Source: Ginkgo biloba
Lineage: Eukaryota; Plantae; Ginkgophyta
Direction of reading: 5' to 3'
NCBI GenBank assembly: GCA_024626585.2
Contig: JANKJI020000004.1
Span: 73,207,830-73,227,106, forward strand
DNA: 19,277 nt
Program-made: the position numbers and the translations under genes
Part shown: piece after piece, positions 1-10,607 of the stretch
Layout of the letters: each line of letters starts with the position of its first letter
How positions within the stretch are numbered: the first letter of the stretch is position 1
The notes under the pieces: generated by a model
Database searches by the model: none
Told to the model about the DNA's origin: nothing
The model's input: only the letters and a program-made list of their open reading frames with translations

Positions 1-1
1 A

Positions 2-424
2 GTAACTTTCCCTGAGTTGAAGCCAAGAAATATACAAATCATGCTAATAGGCATATGCGTAAAATGTTGCTCTTAACGACTTCACTAAAGAATTCCAAGT
101 TGAAATTGGATTTTGGCTTTGTTCTTTGTGAAGGAGGAGCATCCTTGCAACTCCCATGAGCTTCAATTTAGCGAAGTTGGCTTCTAATCATCAGGGGTGT
201 TGTTTTAAACAAACCATGATCTAATTGTCCACTTTATTAGGATCATAGTTGCCATCATATTATCGTACCTCAAACTTGATGTCAACTTTGATATTTGACA
301 AAAATGTGACTAGAGAATCTTGACTCCAAGCTTGTCGCTCATTGACCATTTCCACCAAAGTTTGCATTGTCTCCGCAAATGTTTGGACATCGACACTTTC
401 TTTAGGATGTTTATGGAGAGCCAT
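2..424 (-). pseudogene. gag: Retrotransposon gag (Retrotrans_gag-type) N-terminal part, with in-frame stops
   Basis: Manual translation from the ATG at 424: MALHKHPKESVDVQTFAETMQTLVEMVNERQAWSQDSLVTFLSNIKVDIKFEVR*YDGNYDPNKVDN*IMV...FAKLKLMGVARM...PISTWNSLVKSLRATFYAYAY*HDLYISWLQLRE. This fits the plant gypsy gag pattern KV..F..P.YDG..D..K.D.W / FA.LKL / ISTW..L...LR..FY / W..LRQ. Confidence 0.8.
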
Positions 425-1242
425 TTTGGCAATGCAGTAGCTCCTAAAAAAAATTATAACATTTTTATAGGAGAAAGAGAAATAGCTCTACAACTGTATA
501 CAATAAGTGAAGGAAAGATAAAACTATTGTGAATGATAATTAATTACATTCACAAAGTCGCTTGCTCACTACTAGAGGGAAAGGATCGTTCATATGCTAG
601 TTCCCAATTCAATGGATGGCAGATTCAATCTTCTGCTCTTAGATAGTTTGTGTAATCAGGTCAAACCCCATCAAATGCACCCAACATTGTTTTCATTCCT
701 CTGGTTAACATATTTATTTCTCGGGATTTTTAATGAGGAAAATGTAAACATGAGCCTTGCCATTTTTACCGTCGCGCAAAGGATGTATGGCAGGCTCAAT
801 GCAAGAATATTTTGGAAAGGAGCATGGCTCGACTAACTTTTATCATAAGGGAGGTCAAATCTATCCCTAAATCTACAGAATTGCCCTCTTTATCTCATAT
901 TGGACTCTCTTAATACTGTTGATCAAGGTCAAGAATGCACCAGGGAAATCAATGGAGGAGTCTTTGAAGAAATGCCCATCAACTACCTCATTGAGATCAA
1001 TAATGAATCTTGTGTAGAATTTGCAAATGCAAAATGGCACTTCAGTTGGGTCATAAGAATCACTAGTAATCATATCCGTCATTCTTTAACACCAAACTCC
1101 TATACACTATGTATCCCTTCCTCCCATTCTGATCGAGGAGGGTATGCCAAAAAGTGTCGAGATAGAAGACGAAGGACCACAACCATGGGTGACAAGAGAG
1201 ACCACAGGGATAGATTCCAAATGCAAAGCCCAAAACACTGAT

Positions 1243-1254
1243 GCTCTGATACCG
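1243..1254 (-). promoter_or_regulatory. Primer-binding site complementary to the 3' end of initiator tRNA-Met
   Basis: Minus strand reads CGGTATCAGAGC, 11/12 identical to the canonical plant PBS TGGTATCAGAGC. It lies 2 nt after a CA dinucleotide (LTR end at 1257) and upstream of gag. Confidence 0.85.
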
Positions 1255-1256
1255 AT

Positions 1257-1520
1257 TGGCCAGGATCCTCATAAACTATAAACTTCAAACAAAAGGAGTC
1301 AATCAGATAGAGAGAGGGGNNNNNNNNNNNNNNNNNNNNNNNNNNNNNNNNNNNNNNNNNNNNNNNNNNNNNNNNNNNNNNNNNNNNNNNNNGTACAAAT
1401 ACATAACTGTAAACTAATTGAATGTACGTACCAACTAATTATTTGATAGAATGGGTTCCCTCCCATGAAGTTACATTATGATTTATGTTTTAAAATATTT
1501 TCATAACTTAAGGTGTTACA
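1257..1520 (-). repeat. Candidate 5' LTR of the gypsy element
   Basis: The 3' end is fixed by CA next to the PBS. The 5' end is inferred from TGTAACACC at 1520, a common gypsy LTR start. It contains an N-gap (1320-1392), and the partner LTR is outside the window, so the outer boundary is uncertain. Confidence 0.5.
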
Positions 1521-2651
1521 AACTTTAAGGGGACTAATCCCCATCATGAATGGAAACAACTCATGAATTCTACAACTCCGTCACAAGAGATCTTGCATCA
1601 AGTGACATTTTGAGGTAGGCCTCAAAGCATTTTGTGGTGGTTGGTGGACATAGCTTGTGAGTTTATAGTTGTCTTGGTCATATGTATACTTGTTACTATA
1701 TATTTTATATTTTGTTTTATACTTTATCATTTAAGCTTTCTTTTGGTTAGATTGGAGTTGCTTTTTGCTCTCCCTTGGATATTATATATGATGTAATTCC
1801 CAAACCAATTGACTAGTTTTTGTTCATTTGTGGACATTATTTTTTTAATTTTTTTGTTTGGAACAATGCCATTTGTTTAAGAAATCCTTCATATAGCCAA
1901 ACGATTTGAATTTTCTTCTTACTTGNNNNNNNNNNNNNNNNNNNNNNNNNNNNNNNNNNNNNNNNNNNNNNNNNNNNNNNNNNNNNNNNNNNNNNNNNNN
2001 NNNNNNNNNNNNNNNNNNNNNNNNNAAAAAACTTCAAGGGAGGAACTAGTATGAATTTTGCCCTTTTCAATTAGTTCCTACTACTATCATTCAAGTTCAA
2101 AAGATAATGTTTAAAATTCTACAATACAAGGGAGAAATGAATTTTGGGGTTTTAAAAAATAAATGGATATAAAAATTATGAAACTTGCCATGTCATACAA
2201 ATGATAAAATAAAGTTTAAACTATATGAACAATGAAGCTTTTAAATTAAAAACTGTGAAATTGTAAACATGAGCAATCAGACATTTTATCAAACACTTTA
2301 TATACATCCTTCTATTTTTAACTACATTTTTGTTTATGCAAAAAATAATTATTTATATATGTAAAAAATTTAGTAATTTATATATACATGCACCAGTATT
2401 TCTTTATGCATTCACTTATTTAACAATTCAATTCGATGTTTCCAGTTTAAAATATCACAAACAAATGAAAAACATAAAAATAATTAAATTTCAATAAGTT
2501 TTATAATGAACTTACCTCTTTTTGCATGTGAAAAACTCAAAAATGAAGTTAGTGGATGTCAACAACAATGTGGGATTGAACTTTTGGTTGTGGGGTCCTG
2601 TCATCATTGAGATGAAAATGCATTATGAGAGAGAATTGTAGTCAAGAAAAA

Positions 2652-2805
2652 GTGCAGGTTTTGTTCAACTGAATAATTGTTCAATCGAACAATTTGTTTG
2701 ATCAAATAATATTTGCACTGATTCAAATTTATAAAAAATTGGGCGTGCGCATAACCTCTTTTTTGAAATCCAAATTTTTAGACAACTAATTGTTCGACTA
2801 AACAA
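2652..2805. repeat. Array of four degenerate 16-bp palindromes, consensus TTGTTCGATCGAACAA
   Basis: 2661-2676 TTGTTCAACTGAATAA, 2677-2692 TTGTTCAATCGAACAA, 2694-2709 TTGTTTGATCAAATAA, 2790-2805 TTGTTCGACTAAACAA. The first three are bracketed by GTGCA (2652) and TGCAC (2717). Confidence 0.75.
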
Positions 2806-2875
2806 CTTGTGTGCCTGAACTTTTGTTCCTAAGAAAAAACTTGGCCTCCTCCCTTTTGCCTAAAATGGTCTCATA

Positions 2876-4720
2876 TCTATATTCTTCCACCTAGATGATA
2901 AGCTTGTGCTTAGTGAAGAAATAGTCAAATTGACACAGTGTTTTCTTCATATATTATAGGACTTTGTTATGGCCACAGGGAGTCTAGTTAATAAGAACAA
3001 AAGCTATATTTATTCTTTCAATGTCTATCCATGAATCAAACTTAGAATATGCATATTGTTCTATTTTAAATAAGGAAATAGTGAGAAGGCATTCAAATAT
3101 CTAGACATCCCCATCAAATTCAAGTGTCTCACATTGGAAGGATGGGATTTTATAATCCAAAAAATTCAAAGAAACATTCAAAATTGGTCATCTAGATGGC
3201 TCAACCTAGTAGCAAAATATACACTGATAAAGTCTCTGCTTAATGCTATCCCAACATATTGGTACATAGTCATGGATACCCATAAATCTATCTTAGAGGG
3301 TATAGACAAATCAATACACATCTTTCTTTTTTCAGGTGGTCAAAATTCCACTCATAGTTTTTATTTGGTTAATTAGAATAGTATCTGTGCTCCTAAATCC
3401 ATTGGTGGATTAGAGATAAAAGGTGCTTACCTAATAAATAGGGCCTTGGGTGTGAAACTAGAATGGAGGATCCTACAAGAATAGAATGATCAATGGATTG
3501 CTACACTAAGATAAAGTATTATCAAGGTGTAGGCCTATAGAGATTCTTACAAATGTAATCCCATTTCAAAAGGGCACAAGGATCTGGAATATCAATTTGC
3601 AGAGCTTACACATTATCTATAAAAATGTTACATGGGTAATAAGGGAGGGTGTAAGAAATATCTTTATAAAATATATTCTAGTTAATCCACCATTTGAAGA
3701 GGATTCAAAGATAGAACAACTAATAGTGTTTTACAAATCTGAGAACATTTCAAAAGTATAACATTTCATTGAATTAGAATCTAGGAGAGGGTGGAAAGAT
3801 CAAAAGTTCAAACGATGTTAAGGAGAAATGATATTTGGTTGTCTTTCACACAAATGGGATATGTTTTACATAATCATTGAATATTTGAACATCTTCTTAC
3901 ATGCCATACTAGATCATTTAGCTTGGTAGGATGATGGCACTCTAGTGGCCTTTACTTTCAAAAGAGCACATGCAAGTCTTTTAAAGGAGGAATATACTGC
4001 ACTAACAATCAACATGATTAATTGGGAAAACATCTAGAATTATTTTCTTATGGTTGGTGGCACATAGAGTAGTCCTGACTTTTGAGAATATGAGAAAATA
4101 GGAAATCCACAGTCTAAGTGGATATTATATCTGCAACTAGAGCAAAGAAATAATTGACCATCTATTTGTATCATGCAAATTTGCTTAGGTAATATGGTCC
4201 TCCTTCAATTTGTTCTAGGTCAATTCTCTTCGCGTTAACTTGGTATTAGATGTCTTCTCCATGTTTGAGGACTACTTAGTTAGGAAGCTTAAATCCATCA
4301 TCTTGGTATGGAGAACATTTTCCTTATGCATTCTAAGGTATATTTGGTTGGCAAGAAATGTTGTCTACTTCAAAAACATGCAAGTCAATCCTTTAGTAAT
4401 TTGAAAATGTTCCATGAGGAGTCTTTGAGAACATATCTAAGTGAAAGCAAGGATTTAGAGCTCAAATGAAACAANNNNNNNNNNNNNNNNNNNNNNNNNN
4501 NNNNNNNNNAAACATGCCAACCTCAGATTGAGCGAGAAATGAATTTATTCTGATGTATTATTGGTTGCTTAGTGATTTTGTACAAGGCTCTTGCAGTAGT
4601 TGTGGAGAAAAGATGGATCAAGAAATCGAATTATCTTTCATAAGATGGCTCTCTCCTAGAAACAAATGAGTTGTTTCACTCTCTTGAGGAAAAACCAATG
4701 TTTTGCATGATGAACAGTCA
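2876..4720 (+). mobile_element. 5'-truncated, degenerate L1-clade LINE ORF2 (RT C-terminus, zf-RVT, lead-in to RNase H-like domain)
   Basis: One frame from ~2885 reads FHLDD (decayed FADD)...IL*DFVMATGSLVNKNKS...FKYLDIP...WDFIIQKIQRNIQNWSSRWLNLVAKYTLIKSLLNAIPTY...FLFSGG...LVN*NSICAPKSIGGLEIK...NRALGVKLEWRI. From ~4050: WLVAHRVVLTFENMRK*...YICN*SKEIIDHLFVSCKFA*VIW...YIWLARNVVYF (zf-RVT). At ~4640: IRWLSPRNK*V (W.PP...W motif). Many stops. Includes track ORF 3134-3376. Confidence 0.93.
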
Positions 4721-5902
4721 ANNNNNNNNNNNNNNNNNNNNNNNNNNNNNNNNNNNNNNNNNNNNNNNNNNNNNNNNNNNNNNNNNNNNNNNNNNNNNNN
4801 NNNNNNNNNNNNNNNNNNNNNTGGGGTCCAAAATCTAAAGGAAATATATTAAGATGCTTAAGAAGAATGTTTCACTACTTTTCAAGGAATATCCAAACTT
4901 GATCATTCTAATAACATATCTAAGTTTCTTTGCTTCTCAAGTAATGACCATTTCATCTCTTAATCCATACCTAAATCTCTATACTTATAAAGGAATGAAC
5001 TTTTAATATCCTTATTATTGTTTAAAATGCTCATAATTATAAGTAAAATATATTTACCTTGCACTTATAAAGAGACAATGTAGGTAATAACTACATAAGC
5101 AAAGAAAACGGAAATGGTCGTTTCATTTAAGATATAACAAGAAGCAATTTCTATTTTTTAATTTTAAAATATGGTTTTACTATATAGAAAAAACTATAAA
5201 AAATTAAAATAAAATAAGATGGACTTATAACATGTCCATACCAACCTATCTAAGGGATATGCAGTTGAAACCTCCTAATATTTCTAAAGTAAATGTAAAG
5301 CCTTTGAAAAGTGTAAGTTGTCCACCATGCTTATAGTTAATAACTACATCACTACTCAATTCAATCACCTTGCAAGNNNNNNNNNNNNNNNNNNNNNNNN
5401 NNNNNNNNNNNNNNNNTTCTAGGGTAAACTTATTCAAAATCCTTATGCATACAACATGAATTAAGAACCACATTGCCATGGAATAAAGGCTAGCAAAAAA
5501 ATGAACACATAATCTTAGAATAGATATTGGAAAAATAAGATATATAAGGACTTGATCAAGTGGCATGCTAATATGCCTTTCCCCTTCTAGATTATGCCTT
5601 GCTTATCCTAATTAGTAAATCATCATCCAATATAGTGTCTTGTCTTCTCTTACACCTTGATAGAGGCCTTTCATCACCTCCTCAAATCATGTCTCCTTCT
5701 AGTTGAGCCTTGGCTCTAGAACAAGACTAAGACATACACACTATCCCTTAAAAATTAGCCTACAAACCTTCACATAGTCACTAAATCAATGGCAGGTGTG
5801 ATAGAAGTTTTTGTTTCATAAGTGGACATAATAAATTTGTCTCTATCAAAATGAATGAGTTAAGACAAAGACTAAGTTATCCTCTATCATCGTTGAGCCA
5901 AG

Positions 5903-6452
5903 TGATATCCTATGTTAGAAAATTATGAGCATAAATTTAAGTGATCTTATAAATGAGGCCTTTAATATTTCTTCCACTTATGATGATGTCTTAATAACAA
6001 AGATACTAATTGTAGAACCATATAAAGAACTAAAAATGGGGTCATATTTGGGAGTGGGTACAACACTTTTAAATGCTAAAAAGATATTCACATTTTATAT
6101 TAGCCTTCAAGACTAAGATAATTACAATNNNNNNNNNNNNNNNNNNNNNNNNNNNNNNNNNNNNNNNNNNNNNNNNNNNNNNNNNNNNNNNNNNNNNNNN
6201 NNNNNNNNNNNNNNNNNNNNNNNNNNNNNNNNNNNNNNNNNNNNNNNNNNNNNNNNNNNNNNNNNNNNNNNNNNNNNNNNNNNNNNNNNNNNNNNNNNNN
6301 NNNNNNNNNNNNNNNNNNNNNNNNNNNNNNNNNNNNNNNNNNNNNNNNNNNNNNNNNNNNNNNNNNNNNNNNNNTTATTCTTTTTAAAGATATCTTTGGC
6401 TAGTATAGGCATGATTAGATTGATGCTCATAATTTTTCAATATGGCTTATCA
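5903..6452. repeat. Inverted repeat pair (~40 bp arms) flanking a ~470-bp, half-unresolved interior; possible MITE/foldback relic
   Basis: 5919-5940 AAAATTATGAGCATAAATTTAA versus the reverse complement of 6415-6436, AAAATTATGAGCATCAATCTAA (20/22), with weaker similarity out to 5903 and 6452. This is why both track ORFs start MSINL. Confidence 0.55.
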
Positions 6453-7875
6453 TATATTTATAATTTAAGGATATGTGACACATATATAGAGGGTGTTTTA
6501 AGATGATATATAGACAATTAAAACTAAATAACATGCTCATATATAGACAATGCTAACAAACAAAAGCCAATGACATGTATAAGAATTTCATGATTATGCA
6601 CTATTTTATGGATAGTAAAATCATGGATAAGTTGTTGACCTAAGATCTATATTCAGACAAAATTACAAGAGAAGGGTCATGTTAATCGATTTTTATTAGA
6701 TGAAAATTATAAATGTAGGTATAATTGGAAATATCTTCACATCAATGCCAATTTACATTAAAAATCAACTTTACCATCACTTGAAGCAAAATACTAGACC
6801 ACACAATAACTTGCCATTATAAATAGACTCCTTTAGTCTCTCATTGATCATTATTTACTAGAGTGACTTTTTAAATGCAATTTTAAAAAAGAAAGCATCA
6901 ACAACTAATTTTCATCTCCAAACATATGAAAACTCTAAAAATTATAATAATTTAATCTTATATTTTTAAGGTTCAACAATGTATGACATTTATCGAGAGG
7001 TCAAGATTAAGAATTAAAAATGTCATAGACCATTCCCCTATTATACTTTTAGGGTTCATTACTTTATATTACTTATGAAGAGACCCAACTTAGGAATGAA
7101 AATGAGCATAAAATACTATGTTATTGCAATACATTTTCTAAATCTACACATTATAATAGTATTACATATGATAATTATAATAAATGATGGCTTTACCCAT
7201 TGTTTCTTGTATTCAATTTCTAAAGGGGATTGAATTTAATGAAATACAGTATAACGAAATATAGAAAAAATAAAGAATGTAATAATATAAATAAAAATAG
7301 AAATTACACCTTTTAAGCATACTTCAAAAATATTGCCACTTTAAGGATGTTAAAATGACCAACATTGCTCAATGCTTTCTATATAATACACTATATCTAA
7401 AGTTTCTCATTATCTCTAAAAATTTTCCATAAATCTAAGCACTTGTGCTCATATGTGATACTACCACTGAATTTCTATGGTAGAAAAGAAGAAGTAAGTT
7501 TTAGGGGATCTTGAAACTAAGCAAAAAATAGGGAAAAAGGAGAACAAAATAATTTTTCAAATCGTGGTGAATCATTCTCCATTCACATGTGATATGAAAC
7601 CCCATTAGGTTGGCAAAGCAATTTCATATTAATTATCTATTGTACTATAATGTTCTCTCAAACTTTATCAATAATGGAAAAGTCTAGAATATTCAATGAT
7701 TTGTTAGTAACATTGCAAATTATAAGTTGGATGGGTTTTGAGATTTAATTTACTAATCTAATACCTATATAAGGTACACACTTGGAGTTTCTAATTGTTA
7801 TTTACAAATTTCAATGGTCAAATAAACCTTTTTGGTTTGGTTTAGTGAGTAATTTCATAGTCGTATACAATGATT

Positions 7876-9422
7876 TGTAGAGGGAAAAAACCCACACTCC
7901 TCGGATACCACTTAGGGTACCAGAATGAAAAGTTACTTGCATATCCTAGCGTACAAAATTACAGGAATCCACTCGGGTTGCCAAGTAAGAAGAAATACAT
8001 AAAATGTGAAAGTCTTAAGACCAGGTTGATAAAACTCAAGAGAAACCAAGCTCCATAGAATATAAGCAAAGGATGCTCTGGTGACGTAAACAAGGCTCAT
8101 CGTAGAAANNNNNNNNNNNNNNNNNNNNNNNNNNGTAAACTAGATGCCATAAGTCAATAATGAATCCCGTAGGTCCAAACAGGGAAGTAAACATGCCCCA
8201 TGGATGGCACGACCCTATCAGAAATCCACAACAACCTATGAATAAAGGTGAAAACCCAATGCGGACCACCATCGAAGCCAACTGACAGATGCATCTTTGA
8301 AGGGTCGAGTAAGGTTGCTATAACCCCCACGTAAACACCCTAAAGAGAATGCTCGAATTAGGCTAGAAATGAGAGTATACACTGCCTTCGAAGAATGTAC
8401 ACCAAAAGAATACATAAAAAAAAAAAAGGAACACAAGGAAGCGNNNNNNNNNNNNNNNNNNNNNNNNNNNNNNNNNNNNNNNNNNNNNNNNNNNNNNNNN
8501 NNNNNNNNNNNNNNNNNNNNNNNNNNNNNNNNNNNNNNNNNNNACAAGGCACAGGAATGAAAAGTTACTTGCATATCCTAGCATAGAAAATTACAAGAAA
8601 CCACTAGGGTTACCAAGTTAGTAGAAATACATATTATATGTAAGCTCTAAGATGAAGCCAATAAAACTTAAGAGAAACCAAGTTCCATCAAATATAAGTA
8701 AAGGATGTTCTAGTGATACAAGCAAGCCTCACTGTAAAAATATTGGTACCATCTTGAAACACCCGCAAAACAGATGCCACAGGCCAACAACAAATGTCGT
8801 AGGTCCAAAAGAGGGAAGCAAAAATACCCTATGAGAAATCCATGGTAGCCAATGAACAAAGGTAGCAACCCAATGTGGTCCACCTATAAAGCCAACTAAC
8901 AAATATGTCTTTGAAGGCCCCCCACAAACCCCACGCAAGCACCCCAAGGAGAATGCCCACATCAGGCCAAAAATGGGAGAAGACACCACCTTTGAAGAAT
9001 GTACACCAAAAGAATACGTTCTAAAAAATGAACATGAGAATGCAATAAAGAAATTAACCTTTGCAAACTCTGAAACGAGACCCTTTAATGGGAAAAGTAA
9101 TGTCCACCACACTGACAACAATAGGCCAAAGCTCACCAACTAGCTAGAGAAACCCTTTAACGTGGAAAGAGAGAGACATCCATATCGTCAACCCCTAGCG
9201 AGATGCCTTTCACTAAAACTAGAAAGTCGACAAGACCAAGCAATCCTCTAAAGATGAACCTTCCGACCACAAGTGAGACCTCCCTCTTTCATGCCATTAG
9301 TCGACCACTTGCATACTACAGACATACCAAACCCATATAGGGTTAAGGACTAGAGGGAGCCACCATCCCAATGGAGAAGAAACACCTCCCCACTAGAAAC
9401 CCTAGTAGAGCTCATTTCAACA
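7876..9422. mobile_element. Candidate solo LTR (~1.55 kb as assembled)
   Basis: Termini are TGTAGA... and ...TCAACA (TG..CA, imperfect inverted ends). Flanks TGATT (7871-7875) and TGACT (9423-9427) form a 5-bp TSD with one transition. GC rises abruptly at 7876 and there is no coding motif inside. It contains a 100-N gap. Confidence 0.5.
7923..9043 (+). repeat. Diverged tandem duplication, two copies (7923-8443 and 8555-~9043), apparent period ~630 bp
   Basis: Exact 28-mer GAATGAAAAGTTACTTGCATATCCTAGC at 7923 and 8555; exact 24-mer GAAGAATGTACACCAAAAGAATAC at 8390 and 8994. The sequence between is colinear, roughly 75-85% identical by eye. Confidence 0.93.
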
Positions 9423-10607
9423 TGACTTCTCATCGTCAGTCTAGAGAAGATGACACCTCTAAATCATGCACATACTTAATAAGGGATGAAGACTTATTTT
9501 TTACTAGTTGGTTAGTTATCACCAACAAGGCTATTTTCTTAGCTATATTTTTAGGAGAGGCCTCACGATTAGTTGTTTAATTCTAGAACACTTACTTCAT
9601 CAAATTATAGTGTTTAATATTGTTCATTTCATGGCATTGAAAGTATGCATTATGAATGTTTGTGGAAACTACCTTCTACTTAAACATATTAGAACCACAA
9701 TAACTCTCTAGTTTATCCAAATCTTGGGAGAGGCTAATGTAGAAACATGTGATTATTGGGACAAGGAAAAAGGGGTCTACTGAGTTTATAACAAATAAAG
9801 TCACCAATAGAAATCCATAAATCCCCAAAAGGACATAGACATATTGAGAACTTTGACCTAAGTAAGATAACATAGAGATATAACAATGCTCATTAAGAAA
9901 ACTACCAAGGTTCTTTTACACATCCATGTCCCTTTAACTAAGAGTTAGTTGCAACTCTTAACAAAATCAAAATAAATAAGTAGAGGCCTTTGGGAAGGCT
10001 TTGAATTATATGTACTTCTCACCCATGAACNNNNNNNNGCTTTCCCATCTAAGCCCTTGACACAATATTTGTAGGAGAATGACTAACAAAGTAGCCATCA
10101 ACTTCCCAAGAAGCTTAATCATTCACAATATATGCAAATATATTAGGATCAATAACCTCACAAAGGAATTCTCACCTTATTGAATACATTGGGGACAAAC
10201 TTACATGCATTCTTCAACATCGTTGAGACAAACCTCATACACTTGTTATACTTTTGAGCTCATAATTATAACATGTAAAAAAGTCTCAAAGATGGATAGT
10301 GAGGCCATATATAGGGTAGTTAGCCTACCTTAAGGATAAAGAGACAAAAACATTAGGAATGAATAATAAATGTTATGTAACGATCCTTAGAAATCTTTGT
10401 ACTAAGGTGGTTAGGATGGACAAACTCATGAAAAATGGAATACCTAACCTTTCCTTATCTTAGTATTATTCCCCACTCCTAGCTCATACCTCGACTTTGC
10501 TTTTGTAAGTTATTTAATTCGTTGTGACTGCTTTAAACCTTTACATACTTTTCTAGCTAATAAAATTATACCATATTGGTTACAATATCAAACTTACNNN
10601 NNNNNNN

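Larger units (their letters stand above)
1..1520 (-). mobile_element. 5' part of a degenerate Ty3/gypsy LTR retrotransposon (LTR + PBS + leader + gag), running off the left edge
   Basis: On the minus strand the order is: candidate LTR (TGTAACACC...GGCCA), 2 nt, PBS CGGTATCAGAGC, ~820-nt leader, then a gag-like frame. This is the canonical LTR-retrotransposon order. Confidence 0.8.

Noticed and set aside
1109-1131. miR482/2118-like sequence TATCCCTTCCTCCCATTC (or a target site on the minus strand)
   Set aside because: The match is confined to the miRNA 3' half with a gap in the seed-side region, there is no precursor-length hairpin, and it lies in a retrotransposon leader.
320-1288. Track ORFs in 320-1288 as genes
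   Set aside because: They are short, have no motifs, and are antisense to or within the gypsy gag and leader.
5220-5500. Possible gypsy aspartyl-protease remnant on the minus strand (VVLNSCCMH ... LGGFN...VGMDML)
   Set aside because: The catalytic D-S/T-G is absent and frameshifts are needed, so it is too weak to call.
6600-7100. Possible second, very old L1 zf-RVT/RNase H remnant (FLWIV / DKLLT*D / HQCQF)
   Set aside because: The fragments lie in different frames and are not distinguishable from chance by eye.
8729-9139. 136-aa minus-strand ORF, the longest in the track
   Set aside because: It lies inside the LTR-like duplication, the sister copy does not keep the frame, and the hydrophobic composition reflects strand bias.
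9676-9873. L1 endonuclease-like WISIGDF motif on the minus strand
   Set aside because: Single short motif, the conserved N of GDFN is missing, and there is no supporting DR or SDH motif.
10376-10584. TGTAAC...GTTACA bounded 209-bp segment as a tiny solo LTR or TRIM
   Set aside because: The flanks (TGTTA and ATATC) do not form a TSD, there is no PBS or PPT, and 6-bp inverted ends occur by chance.
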